Made by a program: the position numbers and the translations under genes. A stretch of DNA of 59,319 nucleotides, taken from the NCBI GenBank assembly GCA_017445205.1, contig JAFSUP010000023.1, forward strand, positions 1 through 59,319. The letters run 5' to 3'. Every line of letters starts with the position of its first letter. The stretch's first letter is position 1. Below are positions 25,859 through 34,586 of the stretch, in pieces. The DNA is from Synergistaceae bacterium. Its GTDB lineage: Bacteria; Synergistota; Synergistia; Synergistales; Aminobacteriaceae. The notes beneath the pieces are model-generated. The model saw only the letters and a list, made by a program, of their open reading frames with translations, was not told the origin of the DNA and searched no databases.

Positions 25859-27205
25859 ATGCCTGATAAAAAATTTTGTGTCAAAGTTTACGGCTGTCAG
25901 ATGAACGTTTACGACGCCGACCGAGTGAGGACGGTTTTAAGTTCGCGAGGCTGGCAAGAAGTTGACGAATCCGAAGCCGACATCGTTATGATAACCGGCT
26001 GTAGCGTCCGTGCAAAAGCTGAGCAAAAAGTCTGGAGCGAACTCGGCCTTTATGACGCGTCGTGGAAAAAGTCGCAGCGTCCTTTAGTCGCTCTAACCGG
26101 CTGCATAGCTCAACGAATTGGCGAGAATGCGCTAAAAAGATTCCCTTATGTTCGACTTGTCGCCGGGCCTCGTCATATTGGATTATTGCCAAACGCTATC
26201 GAACAAATTTATGAACACCCTAAATCACGATTAAACTTGCTTGACACTGACGCGCGAGAATTTCATAGCCTCGATTTCGATTCTGACAACGTAACTATAA
26301 AACGCGAAAATAAATTCAAAGCTTACATCACGATCGCTCACGGCTGCGATAATTTTTGCACTTATTGCATAGTCCCGTATGTCCGCGGGCGATTTGTTTC
26401 GCGAAAACCAGAAGAAATTTTTTCTGAAGCCGAGATGTTAATCAAAGACGGAGTGAAAGAAATCACTTTGCTTGGTCAAAACGTCAACAGTTACGGCAAG
26501 GATATAAATTTGAATTTCGCGTGGCTCTTGCGTCAAGTTGCTCACATGGAAGGCTTAAAGCGCGTTCGATTCGTTACGTCATTGCCGCAGGACTTTACAG
26601 AAGATATTGTTGACGTCATGGCGAGCGAGCCGACTGTATGTCCATCGTTAAATCTTCCTATTCAAAATGGCAGCGATCGAATTTTGAAATTAATGAATCG
26701 AAAATACACTTACGCCGAATATCTCGAAAAAATTAAATTGGTTCGTGAACGTGTTCCCGGGCTCGGACTTACGACAGATTTAATCGTAGGCTTCCCGGGC
26801 GAGACGGACGAAGACTTTGAAGCCTCAATGAACGCGTTGCGCGAAATTAAATTTGACATGGTGCACAGCGCTGCTTATTCTGAACGAGATGGAACGCCCG
26901 CGGCGAAAATGGAAGGCGCTTTGCCTATGGATTTAAGATTGAAGCGCCTGATGACGTTAAACGAGTTGCAAGACAAAATCACGCTAGAAATTAATCAGGC
27001 TCTCACGGGAAAAATTTTTGAAGTTCTCGTTGACGGCCCTGCGCCCAAAGGTGAAAATTTGTTACAGGGCCGAACGCCGTCGGACAAAGTTGTAATTTTC
27101 GAGGGCGGTAAAAATTTGCTCGGCGAGTTCGTGAACGTAAAAATTAATTCTGCTGAAGCGTGGTGCCTTCATGGCGAAATATTAAAGACGGAGGTCAAAA
27201 ATTAA
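25859..27205 (+). CDS. miaB: tRNA-i6A37 methylthiotransferase
   Basis: UPF0004 N-terminal domain (VYGCQMNVYD), radical-SAM motif CDNFCTYC and a TRAM-like C-terminus. Confidence 0.85.
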   Translation: MPDKKFCVKVYGCQMNVYDADRVRTVLSSRGWQEVDESEADIVMITGCSVRAKAEQKVWSELGLYDASWKKSQRPLVALTGCIAQRIGENALKRFPYVRLVAGPRHIGLLPNAIEQIYEHPKSRLNLLDTDAREFHSLDFDSDNVTIKRENKFKAYITIAHGCDNFCTYCIVPYVRGRFVSRKPEEIFSEAEMLIKDGVKEITLLGQNVNSYGKDINLNFAWLLRQVAHMEGLKRVRFVTSLPQDFTEDIVDVMASEPTVCPSLNLPIQNGSDRILKLMNRKYTYAEYLEKIKLVRERVPGLGLTTDLIVGFPGETDEDFEASMNALREIKFDMVHSAAYSERDGTPAAKMEGALPMDLRLKRLMTLNELQDKITLEINQALTGKIFEVLVDGPAPKGENLLQGRTPSDKVVIFEGGKNLLGEFVNVKINSAEAWCLHGEILKTEVKN

Positions 27206-27207
27206 AA

Positions 27208-28296
27208 ATGGAAAATTTCAACCCTGTTACTAAAAACTTAGTTAGCCCGCAAAAATTTATAACAATCGGTGAAATCATGTTGCGGTTGACGCCTCCTAAC
27301 TACGACAAAATCAGAGTTGCTACAAGTTTTGAAGCAAGTTACGGCGGCAGCGAAGCTAATATCGCCCTCGCTCTTGCTAATCTTGGAATCGATAGCACGT
27401 TCTTTAGCGTCGTGCCTGACAATTCCATCGGCAAAAGCGCGATTAGAATGTTACGAAGCAACGACGTCCACTGCTCGCCCGTAATCTTAACCACGCCCGA
27501 AGAAACTCCGACGCACAGACTTGGAACTTATTATCTTGAAACAGGCTACGGGATTCGCCCTAGCAAAGTCATCTATGACCGCAAGCACAGCGCGATAACA
27601 GAATTTGATTTTGATGACGTCGATATAGATGATTTACTCGACGGTTACGACTGGTTACACATGAGCGGAATCACTCCTGCTTTGTCGCCAAGCTGCGCAG
27701 AGTTTACTCTTGAATGCTTAAAAGAAGCTCGCGAAAAAAATTTAACCGTGAGTTTTGATGGCAACTTCCGAAGCACGCTGTGGACATGGGAAGAAGCCCG
27801 GGATTTTTGCACGCGCTGCCTTCCATATGTTGATGTCCTCTTCGGAATCGAACCTTATCATTTATGGCGCGATGAAGACGATCACTCAAAAGGCGATGTC
27901 AAAGACGGCGTGCCTTTCCAACCTAACTATGAACAACAAGATTTAATTTTTCAAAATTTCGTTGAGCGTTATCCGAATTTACAGTGCATTGCGCGTCATG
28001 TCCGTTACGCTCACACGGGAAGCGAAAATAGTTTGATGGCGTTCATGTGGTACAACGGACATACTTTCGAGAGTAGGCTATTCACGTTTAATATTTTGGA
28101 TCGCGTCGGAGGTGGTGATGCGTTCGCTAGCGGTTTAATATACGCGATGATGCACAAGTATAAGCCTATGGACATGATTAATTTCGCGGTTGCAAGCAGC
28201 GTGATAAAACACACGATTCACGGCGACGCAAATATTATTGACGACGTCGAGAGCATTCGCAGCCTAATGAATATGAACTATGACATTAAACGCTAA
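27208..28296 (+). CDS. PfkB-family sugar kinase, 2-keto-3-deoxygluconate kinase-like
   Basis: The ATG at 27208 follows a GGAGG RBS and the miaB stop. ITIGEIMLRLTPP and GGGDAFASG motifs are present. Confidence 0.6.
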   Translation: MENFNPVTKNLVSPQKFITIGEIMLRLTPPNYDKIRVATSFEASYGGSEANIALALANLGIDSTFFSVVPDNSIGKSAIRMLRSNDVHCSPVILTTPEETPTHRLGTYYLETGYGIRPSKVIYDRKHSAITEFDFDDVDIDDLLDGYDWLHMSGITPALSPSCAEFTLECLKEAREKNLTVSFDGNFRSTLWTWEEARDFCTRCLPYVDVLFGIEPYHLWRDEDDHSKGDVKDGVPFQPNYEQQDLIFQNFVERYPNLQCIARHVRYAHTGSENSLMAFMWYNGHTFESRLFTFNILDRVGGGDAFASGLIYAMMHKYKPMDMINFAVASSVIKHTIHGDANIIDDVESIRSLMNMNYDIKR

Positions 28297-28762
28297 CAAC
28301 GGCGATGTTATAAAAGTAAATCGCGGGCTTTACAGTCATTTCGGAGTTTACGTGAAAGCCTCAAACACGATGATTCACTACACTGGCGAGACCGGCCCGA
28401 ACGATTTTAACGGTGTTGTCCGTGAAACTTCGCTCGAAGAATTTTTGAACGGCTCTGAAAAATTTTCTGTTTGTTCATTCCCGGCGACGCCTCAAGAATT
28501 TATTGCTTCAATAATGAGCCGCAACAGTTACAGAGGGAATAAATTTTTAAGATTCGTTCAATTACTTCGCGTAATGACTGCGAATTATCATTTGTACTCC
28601 GGCGATGAAACAGTGGCGCGCGCCCGCAGCAGAATCGGACAAGGCGGTTATAATCTTGCGCTCAATAATTGCGAACACTTCGCCGTCTGGTGCAAGACAG
28701 GCGTCAAAGACTCTTCGCAAGTCGATAACGTCCTCGAAGCTCTCGCAAAACTTTTCACTTAA
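28280..28762 (+). CDS. LRAT/NC-domain (NlpC/P60 superfamily) protein
   Basis: A conserved His lies in YSHFGVYV and the catalytic motif is NCEHFAVWC. Confidence 0.65.
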   Translation: MTLNANNGDVIKVNRGLYSHFGVYVKASNTMIHYTGETGPNDFNGVVRETSLEEFLNGSEKFSVCSFPATPQEFIASIMSRNSYRGNKFLRFVQLLRVMTANYHLYSGDETVARARSRIGQGGYNLALNNCEHFAVWCKTGVKDSSQVDNVLEALAKLFT

Positions 28763-28879
28763 TCATCAAATCTAATCTTAAAAACGGCCTCCTCGAAAAA
28801 AATTTTTTCGCCTCGTGTAATATAATTTACATATTCAAAACTTTTTTCAAAATTTTTATTAACAGGAGGTCTTCATACT

Positions 28880-29881
28880 ATGAAGAAATTTGCGCTTACT
28901 CTTGCGTTAGTCGCTATGTTATGCGGCTCGGCTTTTGGTGCCGAAGTCGTCAAGGCTTATACGACTATGGAAGAACCGTTAGCGAAGGCTTTGTTCGATG
29001 CCTTTGAAGAAGAAACAGGGATTAAAGTCGAATGGGTCAGACTTTCCGGCGGCGAAGCGATCGCGCGTCTTGAAGCTGAAAGAGCAAACCCGCAGGCTTC
29101 AATCTGGGTCGGCGGTGTCGGAACTCAGCACATCGAAGCTAAACTTCGCGGACTTTCCACGCCTTATCGTTCGAGAGTCGCCAGCAGCATTCCGTCCCGT
29201 TATCGCGATCCCGATAATTATTGGACAGGCCTTTACGTCGGGCCGATAGCGTTCTGCATGAACACAGAACGCGCTAAAGAGCTTGGACTCACAATGCCGA
29301 AGAGCTGGGCCGATTTAATCAAGCCGGAGTATGCAAAGAAAGTCCGAGTAGCTCACCCGAGTACGTCAGGCACAGCCTACAACATGATTACGACCGTTAT
29401 AAGAATTAACGGTGGCGACGAAGACAAGGCCTTCGCTTATTTCAAGGAGCTTTCAAAATCCGTCGAACAGTTTACGCGCTCAGGTTCCGCACCGGGCAAG
29501 AGCTGTGCTCTCGGAGAAATCCCTGTAGCGATTGGCTATCTTCATGACCAGATTAAATTGCAGCGTGAAGGCGCGAAAATCGAAATCGTTATTCCCGAAG
29601 ACGGAACAGGATTTGAAACTGCTTCAATGTCGATCCTTAAAGACGGCCCTGACCCTCTTAACGCTAAAAAATTATATGACTGGGTACTTGGCCAGAAGGC
29701 TATGGATATAATCGCGCGCTGGTATGTCATTCCACTTTCAAAACTTGCAACGCCGACTAACACAGGCTTCTCGCTTGATAACATGAATCTCGTTAATCAG
29801 GACGACCAGTGGGACGCTTCCAACAAAGAAAGATTATTAGAACGCTGGAACAAAGAAATTTCAACAGCACCGGAGAAATAA
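28880..29881 (+). CDS. ABC transporter periplasmic substrate-binding protein (Fe3+/FbpA-like family 1)
   Basis: Signal peptide, SGGEA...W.GG pattern and operon context. Confidence 0.7.
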   Translation: MKKFALTLALVAMLCGSAFGAEVVKAYTTMEEPLAKALFDAFEEETGIKVEWVRLSGGEAIARLEAERANPQASIWVGGVGTQHIEAKLRGLSTPYRSRVASSIPSRYRDPDNYWTGLYVGPIAFCMNTERAKELGLTMPKSWADLIKPEYAKKVRVAHPSTSGTAYNMITTVIRINGGDEDKAFAYFKELSKSVEQFTRSGSAPGKSCALGEIPVAIGYLHDQIKLQREGAKIEIVIPEDGTGFETASMSILKDGPDPLNAKKLYDWVLGQKAMDIIARWYVIPLSKLATPTNTGFSLDNMNLVNQDDQWDASNKERLLERWNKEISTAPEK

Positions 29882-29887
29882 TTTTAA

Positions 29888-29935
29888 TTAGGAATTAGGA
29901 GTGAGGAGTTAGGAATTTTTCTTAATTCCTCATTA
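29888..29935 (+). repeat. heptad purine-rich repeat, copy b (TTAGGAA TTAGGAG TGAGGAG TTAGGAA) plus AGGAATT/AATTCCT hairpin
   Basis: Read directly. It begins 7 nt after the stop codon. Confidence 0.8.
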
Positions 29936-29970
29936 TTTTTGATTTTTGAAAATATAAAGGAGGGAAAAAT

Positions 29971-32172
29971 TTGAATAAACGATTTATAAACTTTTTATTG
30001 ACGATGCTGTTTGTCGTTCTCGTCGGAGCATGGATATATACGAGCGTCCGCGATGAATTTTTGAAACAGTCCCGAACGGCTCAGCGTCGAACAGTCGAGA
30101 CGGTCGCGGCAGGTTATCCCGAGCCTGAAGACGTTGACGAATGGTTAAAGCGCTTGGCCGACGAGGCAACAGAATATAAAGTCGCTCTAGTGTCAGAAAT
30201 TCCTATGCCGGGCGAAAAATTAAACGAGACTCCCAAAGGCGATTCGGATTTAGCTAAACTCACTGAAAGCTCCGCAACTGACCCGGAATTTTCAAAAGGC
30301 TTTGACAATGCGGCCTATGAAGAAATTTATAGAGCTTCAAAAAATTGGACAGTCGGCACCAAAGAAGAGCAAGCGATTTTCTTTGCTCCCGCGGTCAGTT
30401 TGAAAACTCACGACATCGAAGGCGCGTTAGTCTTTGCTTTCAACACCGACGGCGAACAAGGCTTCATGCGAATGATAAACACTCTTTTCTTCGGAGCTTT
30501 TATTTTGTTTGCTGTAGTCATTTGGCAATTAATGATGAGTCGCGACCCTATCGTAGGCTTTGCGCTCGCGGGCTTGTTCTTAATGACGCTCGTGTTCGTA
30601 GCTTATCCGTTGTTCGAGGCGTTAAGACTTTCATTTATAGAGAATGGGAAATTTTCTCTTTCAATCTGGAAGACAATTCTAAATTCAGAAGGCTATATGT
30701 CAGCACTATGGGGAAGTCTCAAGCTCGGCTGCTGGACAGCGACTTTCTCAACGCTTGTAGGATTCTTATTTGCCTTCGTAGTTGCAAGAACAAACGCGCC
30801 TTGCAAAAAATTAATCTCGACTATGGGCGTGTTGCCTGTAATTTCTCCTCCGTTCTCGTTGACGCTCTCAATAATTTTACTTTTCGGCAACAACGGATTA
30901 ATAACGCGCTGGCTTCGTGTAGTCGGATTAAATTTTTCAATTTACGGCTTGCCCGGCCTCGTTATCGTTCAGACTATGGGAATGTTTCCGATAGCGTTCT
31001 TAACTTTAAGCGGAGTTTTGCAGGCTATTGACTCAACTTACGAGGAAGCTTCTCTAAATCTCTCTGCAAGTCGTTTCAAAACTTTCTCGTCGATAACATT
31101 GCCGCTCGCGATCCCCGGATTATTAAGCGCGTGGCTTTTAGTTTTCACGACTTCGTTAGCTGACTTCGCGAACCCGTTGTTACTCGCCGGAGATTTAAGA
31201 GTCCTTTCGCTTGAAAGCTATATCGAAGTTACAGGCATGAACAGACTAGGACACGGCGCAGCACTTTCGATTTTATTATTGTTGCCGACGCTCACAGCGT
31301 TCTTAGCTCAAAGATTTTGGGTGGCCAAGCGCTCATATGTAACAGTAACAGGCAAACCGTCAGGACGAATCACGGAACTGACTACGCCGTTAGTACGAAG
31401 AATTTTAACGGGAATAATTTTTACGATTGTTTTCATTTTAATTTTGCTTTACGGAACAATTTTCGCGGGCTGCTTCGTCAAGAACTGGGGAATTGATTAC
31501 ACTTTCAGCCTTGAAAACATCACCGAAGCTATTACGCGCTCGAAGGACGCGTTGTTCGACACTGTAACTCTTGCGGCAATCGCGACTCCTATCGCAGGCA
31601 TAACGGCAATGATAGCGGCGTTATTAATCGTTCGTCGAAAATTTCATGGCAAGAGATTATTAGAAATGCTATTAATGACTCCGTTCGCCTTGCCGGGGAC
31701 GCTCGTCGGTATCAGCTACATCTTAGCTTTCAATCATGCTCCGATTATTCTCGTAGGGACGGCGGCAATTATCATTATTAATTACGTCATTCGAGAGTTG
31801 CCCGTCGGAATTGAAGGCGGCATAGCGTCATTAAGACAAATAGATCCGTCAATCGAAGAAGCGGCTACGGACTTGGGCGCGGATCAAGCGACGGTATTTA
31901 AGACTGTCGTGCTTCCGTTGGTGCGTCCGGCGTTCCTGTCGAGCTTGTCATATACATTCGTTCGCTCAATGACGGCAGTCAGTGCAGTTATATTCTTAAT
32001 TTCGGCGCGATGGTATCACTTGACGGTCTTAATTTACAACTTCTCTGAAAATTTAAGATTCGGACTTGCAAGCGTGCTTTCGACGGTGTTAATAATAATC
32101 GTGTTCGGAGCTTTTGGAATAATGCGGCTCTTAGTTCGCGAAAATGCAAATTTAACAAAGAGCGTAAATTAA
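29971..32172 (+). CDS. ABC transporter fused double permease (FbpB-like) with an extra N-terminal domain of about 190 aa
   Basis: Two BPD_transp_1-type halves are present. The start is TTG after an AAGGAGGG RBS. Confidence 0.75.
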   Translation: MNKRFINFLLTMLFVVLVGAWIYTSVRDEFLKQSRTAQRRTVETVAAGYPEPEDVDEWLKRLADEATEYKVALVSEIPMPGEKLNETPKGDSDLAKLTESSATDPEFSKGFDNAAYEEIYRASKNWTVGTKEEQAIFFAPAVSLKTHDIEGALVFAFNTDGEQGFMRMINTLFFGAFILFAVVIWQLMMSRDPIVGFALAGLFLMTLVFVAYPLFEALRLSFIENGKFSLSIWKTILNSEGYMSALWGSLKLGCWTATFSTLVGFLFAFVVARTNAPCKKLISTMGVLPVISPPFSLTLSIILLFGNNGLITRWLRVVGLNFSIYGLPGLVIVQTMGMFPIAFLTLSGVLQAIDSTYEEASLNLSASRFKTFSSITLPLAIPGLLSAWLLVFTTSLADFANPLLLAGDLRVLSLESYIEVTGMNRLGHGAALSILLLLPTLTAFLAQRFWVAKRSYVTVTGKPSGRITELTTPLVRRILTGIIFTIVFILILLYGTIFAGCFVKNWGIDYTFSLENITEAITRSKDALFDTVTLAAIATPIAGITAMIAALLIVRRKFHGKRLLEMLLMTPFALPGTLVGISYILAFNHAPIILVGTAAIIIINYVIRELPVGIEGGIASLRQIDPSIEEAATDLGADQATVFKTVVLPLVRPAFLSSLSYTFVRSMTAVSAVIFLISARWYHLTVLIYNFSENLRFGLASVLSTVLIIIVFGAFGIMRLLVRENANLTKSVN

Positions 32173-32245
32173 TTAGGAGTGAGGAGTTAGGAGTTAGGAA
32201 GTAAAAAAAAATTTCAGTTCCTACTTCCTCCTTCCTAATTCCTAC
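32173..32245 (+). repeat. heptad repeat, copy c, with its inverted complement (long imperfect hairpin)
   Basis: TTAGGAG TGAGGAG TTAGGAG TTAGGAA starts at the first base after the stop codon. The complementary arm is at 32218-32245. Confidence 0.8.
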
Positions 32246-32274
32246 TTGCTTTATTGAAAGGAGAGAAATTTTAA

Positions 32275-33384
32275 GTGGCGAATAATAAATCGAAATCAGT
32301 AACATTTGAAAAAATCACGAAAATCTTCCGAGATCCTCAATCTAAGCAGGACGTTACGGCGGTCAACGAAGTTTCATTCAGGCTTGAGCCGGGCGAACTT
32401 GTAACATTGCTTGGGCCTTCAGGCTGTGGAAAGTCAACAATCCTGCGAATGCTTTCAGGCTTTGAACAGCCGACTTCGGGGAAAATTTTCATCGGCGACA
32501 ACGACGTAACTTTCACGCCTCCTAACAAGCGCGATACAGCAATGGTCTTTCAGAGCTACGGACTCTTCCCGCATATGGACGTTTTTAATAACGTTGCTTA
32601 CGGTTTAAGGCTCCGTAAAGTCCCAGAAAATGAAATCGCCGAGAAAGTTCAAAGATTTTTGGAGATGGTCGGACTCGGCACGATGGGCAAACGTCCGCCT
32701 TCGAGGTTGTCCGGCGGTCAGCAGCAAAGAGTCGCTCTCGCTCGTTCGTTAATCGTTGAGCCGTCGGTTTTGTTGCTTGATGAGCCGTTATCGAATCTTG
32801 ATGCCCTTCTTCGTGAGCAAATGCGCGTCGAAATCCGCAGGCTTCAAAAGTCGCTTGGCATAACGGCAATGTATGTAACTCATGACCGAGTCGAAGCGAT
32901 GAGTCTTTCGGACAGAATAATAGTAATGAAGAGCGGCAATATAATTCAAGTCGGAACACCCAGCGATATATATCGCGATCCTGTCGATACGTTTGTGTCT
33001 GGATTTGTCGGCAAAGTTGCTTTCTTCCCGTGCGAAGTCAAAGGCATTGAAAATAATTCCTGCGTCGTTGACATTAAAGGAAAAATTTTCACAGCGCCGC
33101 GCTATTCCGATAAATTAAAAGTCGGCGACAAAGCTCTCGTAATGGCGCGTCCTGAATCGCTTTCAATCGGCGAAGCAGGCTCGGGCGTTGAAGACGGAGT
33201 CGTTACGGCGAATATTTATCTTGGCAACAGCGTCGAGACTTGGGTTAAAACGGACTTGGGGAATGTCCTTGTTCAAATTGATAACCCAGACGTGAAAAAA
33301 ATCTGGGACGAGGGCGAAAAAGTTTCTTTGTCGTTCGATCCGACTTTAACAAAAGTTCTTGTTGATGACTTAGAAAAGGTGTAG
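32275..33384 (+). CDS. ABC transporter ATP-binding protein (FbpC/PotA-like)
   Basis: Walker A GPSGCGKST, signature LSGGQQQR and Walker B LLLDEP. The start is GTG. Confidence 0.85.
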   Translation: MANNKSKSVTFEKITKIFRDPQSKQDVTAVNEVSFRLEPGELVTLLGPSGCGKSTILRMLSGFEQPTSGKIFIGDNDVTFTPPNKRDTAMVFQSYGLFPHMDVFNNVAYGLRLRKVPENEIAEKVQRFLEMVGLGTMGKRPPSRLSGGQQQRVALARSLIVEPSVLLLDEPLSNLDALLREQMRVEIRRLQKSLGITAMYVTHDRVEAMSLSDRIIVMKSGNIIQVGTPSDIYRDPVDTFVSGFVGKVAFFPCEVKGIENNSCVVDIKGKIFTAPRYSDKLKVGDKALVMARPESLSIGEAGSGVEDGVVTANIYLGNSVETWVKTDLGNVLVQIDNPDVKKIWDEGEKVSLSFDPTLTKVLVDDLEKV

Positions 33385-33445
33385 AATAGTCATGCGAAAA
33401 TGTTTACTTATAGTTGTATGATATAATTAACTCCAATGGTAGAAC

Positions 33446-33480
33446 TCCCGTTTGCAAATCGCGGACGGGAATTTTATTTT
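33446..33480 (+). terminator. rho-independent terminator of the ABC operon
   Basis: TCCCGT-N13-ACGGGA followed by ATTTTATTTT. Confidence 0.6.
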
Positions 33481-33560
33481 GGCCACTACTTTGGTCACTA
33501 CAAAAATCACACTTAAACACAGCTATTTCAAAATTTTACAAAGGAGATTTTAAAATTAAA

Positions 33561-34406
33561 ATGATGAGTTTCAAATTAAACAATGGAATTGAAATTCCCG
33601 CGATCGGTTTCGGAACATACAAGGCCGCTCCGAATGAAAGCGTCGAAATAATTTCTAAAGCAATCGAAGCGGGCTATCGTTATTTCGACACGGCGTCTTA
33701 CTACGGGACTGAAAACTTTATCGCCGAAGCTATCAAGCAAAGCGGACTTAAACGCGAAGAATTTTTTATCGCGTCGAAGCTCTGGAAGTCCGACATGGGC
33801 TACAAAGAAACTAAAGCGGCTTTCAACAAAACACTCGAAAATCTTCAAACTGAATATATCGACGTGTTTATGATTCATTGGCCGCGCCCGGATTTGACTC
33901 GAACAGACTGGAAAGAATTAGACATTGAAACTTGGAAAGCTCTCGAAGAATTTTATGAGCAAAAAAAAGTTCGCGCTCTTGGCCTCAGCAATTTCCTTCC
34001 GTACCATGCCGACAACATAATAAAAAATTCAAAAATCTTGCCTGCCGTCGCTCAATTAGAATTTCACCCCGGACATACACAGACATTCGCGTTGAATTAT
34101 TATCGCGAGAAAAAAATTTTGCTTCAGGCTTGGAGCCCTATGGCGCGCGGACGAGTTGCTGATGACGAATTAATAATCGAACTTGCAGAAAAATATCATG
34201 TTACAGCCGCGCAGATTTGTTTGAGATTTTGTATTCAAGAAGGCGTTATGCCATTGCCGAAAGCTTCATCACTTGAACGAATGCAGGCAAATTTAGCGGC
34301 TCTGGATTTTGAAATTTCTGAAGAAGATATTTCACGCATTGAGAACATGCCGCCTTTAGGTTGGAGTGGCGAACACCCTGACCGCGTCAGAAAAATTATA
34401 AAATAG
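33561..34406 (+). CDS. aldo/keto reductase (2,5-diketo-D-gluconate reductase-like)
   Basis: MMSFKLNNGIEIPAIGFGTY start, and DTASYYG and IHWP motifs. The upstream part of the track ORF spans a terminator. Confidence 0.85.
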   Translation: MMSFKLNNGIEIPAIGFGTYKAAPNESVEIISKAIEAGYRYFDTASYYGTENFIAEAIKQSGLKREEFFIASKLWKSDMGYKETKAAFNKTLENLQTEYIDVFMIHWPRPDLTRTDWKELDIETWKALEEFYEQKKVRALGLSNFLPYHADNIIKNSKILPAVAQLEFHPGHTQTFALNYYREKKILLQAWSPMARGRVADDELIIELAEKYHVTAAQICLRFCIQEGVMPLPKASSLERMQANLAALDFEISEEDISRIENMPPLGWSGEHPDRVRKIIK

Positions 34407-34411
34407 TTTTC

Positions 34412-34446
34412 AGGAGCTGAGTAGGTAAAGTTCGGCTCCTTTTTTG
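34412..34446 (+). terminator. rho-independent terminator
   Basis: AGGAGCTG...CGGCTCCT followed by T5. Confidence 0.55.
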
Positions 34447-34508
34447 CTATTTTTTAAGGAAAAATTAATCATGAGAAATAAAAAATGTTTAACGCTCGTT
34501 GAATAAGA

Positions 34509-34539
34509 TTGTAAACTAATATTTTATAATTGTTGACAA
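34509..34539 (+). promoter_or_regulatory. BirA-operator-like inverted repeat TTGTAAAC-N15-GTTGACAA overlapping the -35 element
   Basis: The half-sites match in 7 of 8 positions with an AT-rich 15-nt spacer. It lies directly upstream of bioY-bioBDA. Confidence 0.5.
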
Positions 34540-34560
34540 TAAATAAAACCTCGTTACAAT
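34533..34560 (+). promoter_or_regulatory. sigma70-type promoter TTGACA-N16-TACAAT for the bio operon
   Basis: Read directly. Confidence 0.5.
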
Positions 34561-34586
34561 AAACGCAAAAATTTTATTTAAGCGGA

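Noticed and set aside
27160-27207. N-terminal extension of the sugar kinase overlapping miaB
   Set aside because: The ATG at 27208 sits right after the miaB stop with a GGAGG RBS. The extension has no similarity to PfkB kinases.
30345-31031. 228-aa alternative-frame ORF within the ABC permease gene
   Set aside because: It is on the same strand but out of frame with a clear BPD-type permease. The Arg/Ser-rich product is typical of off-frame translation.
33414-33560. N-terminal extension of the aldo/keto reductase ORF
   Set aside because: The extension reads through the ABC-operon terminator hairpin. The canonical AKR N-terminus starts at the ATG at 33561, after an AAGGAG RBS.
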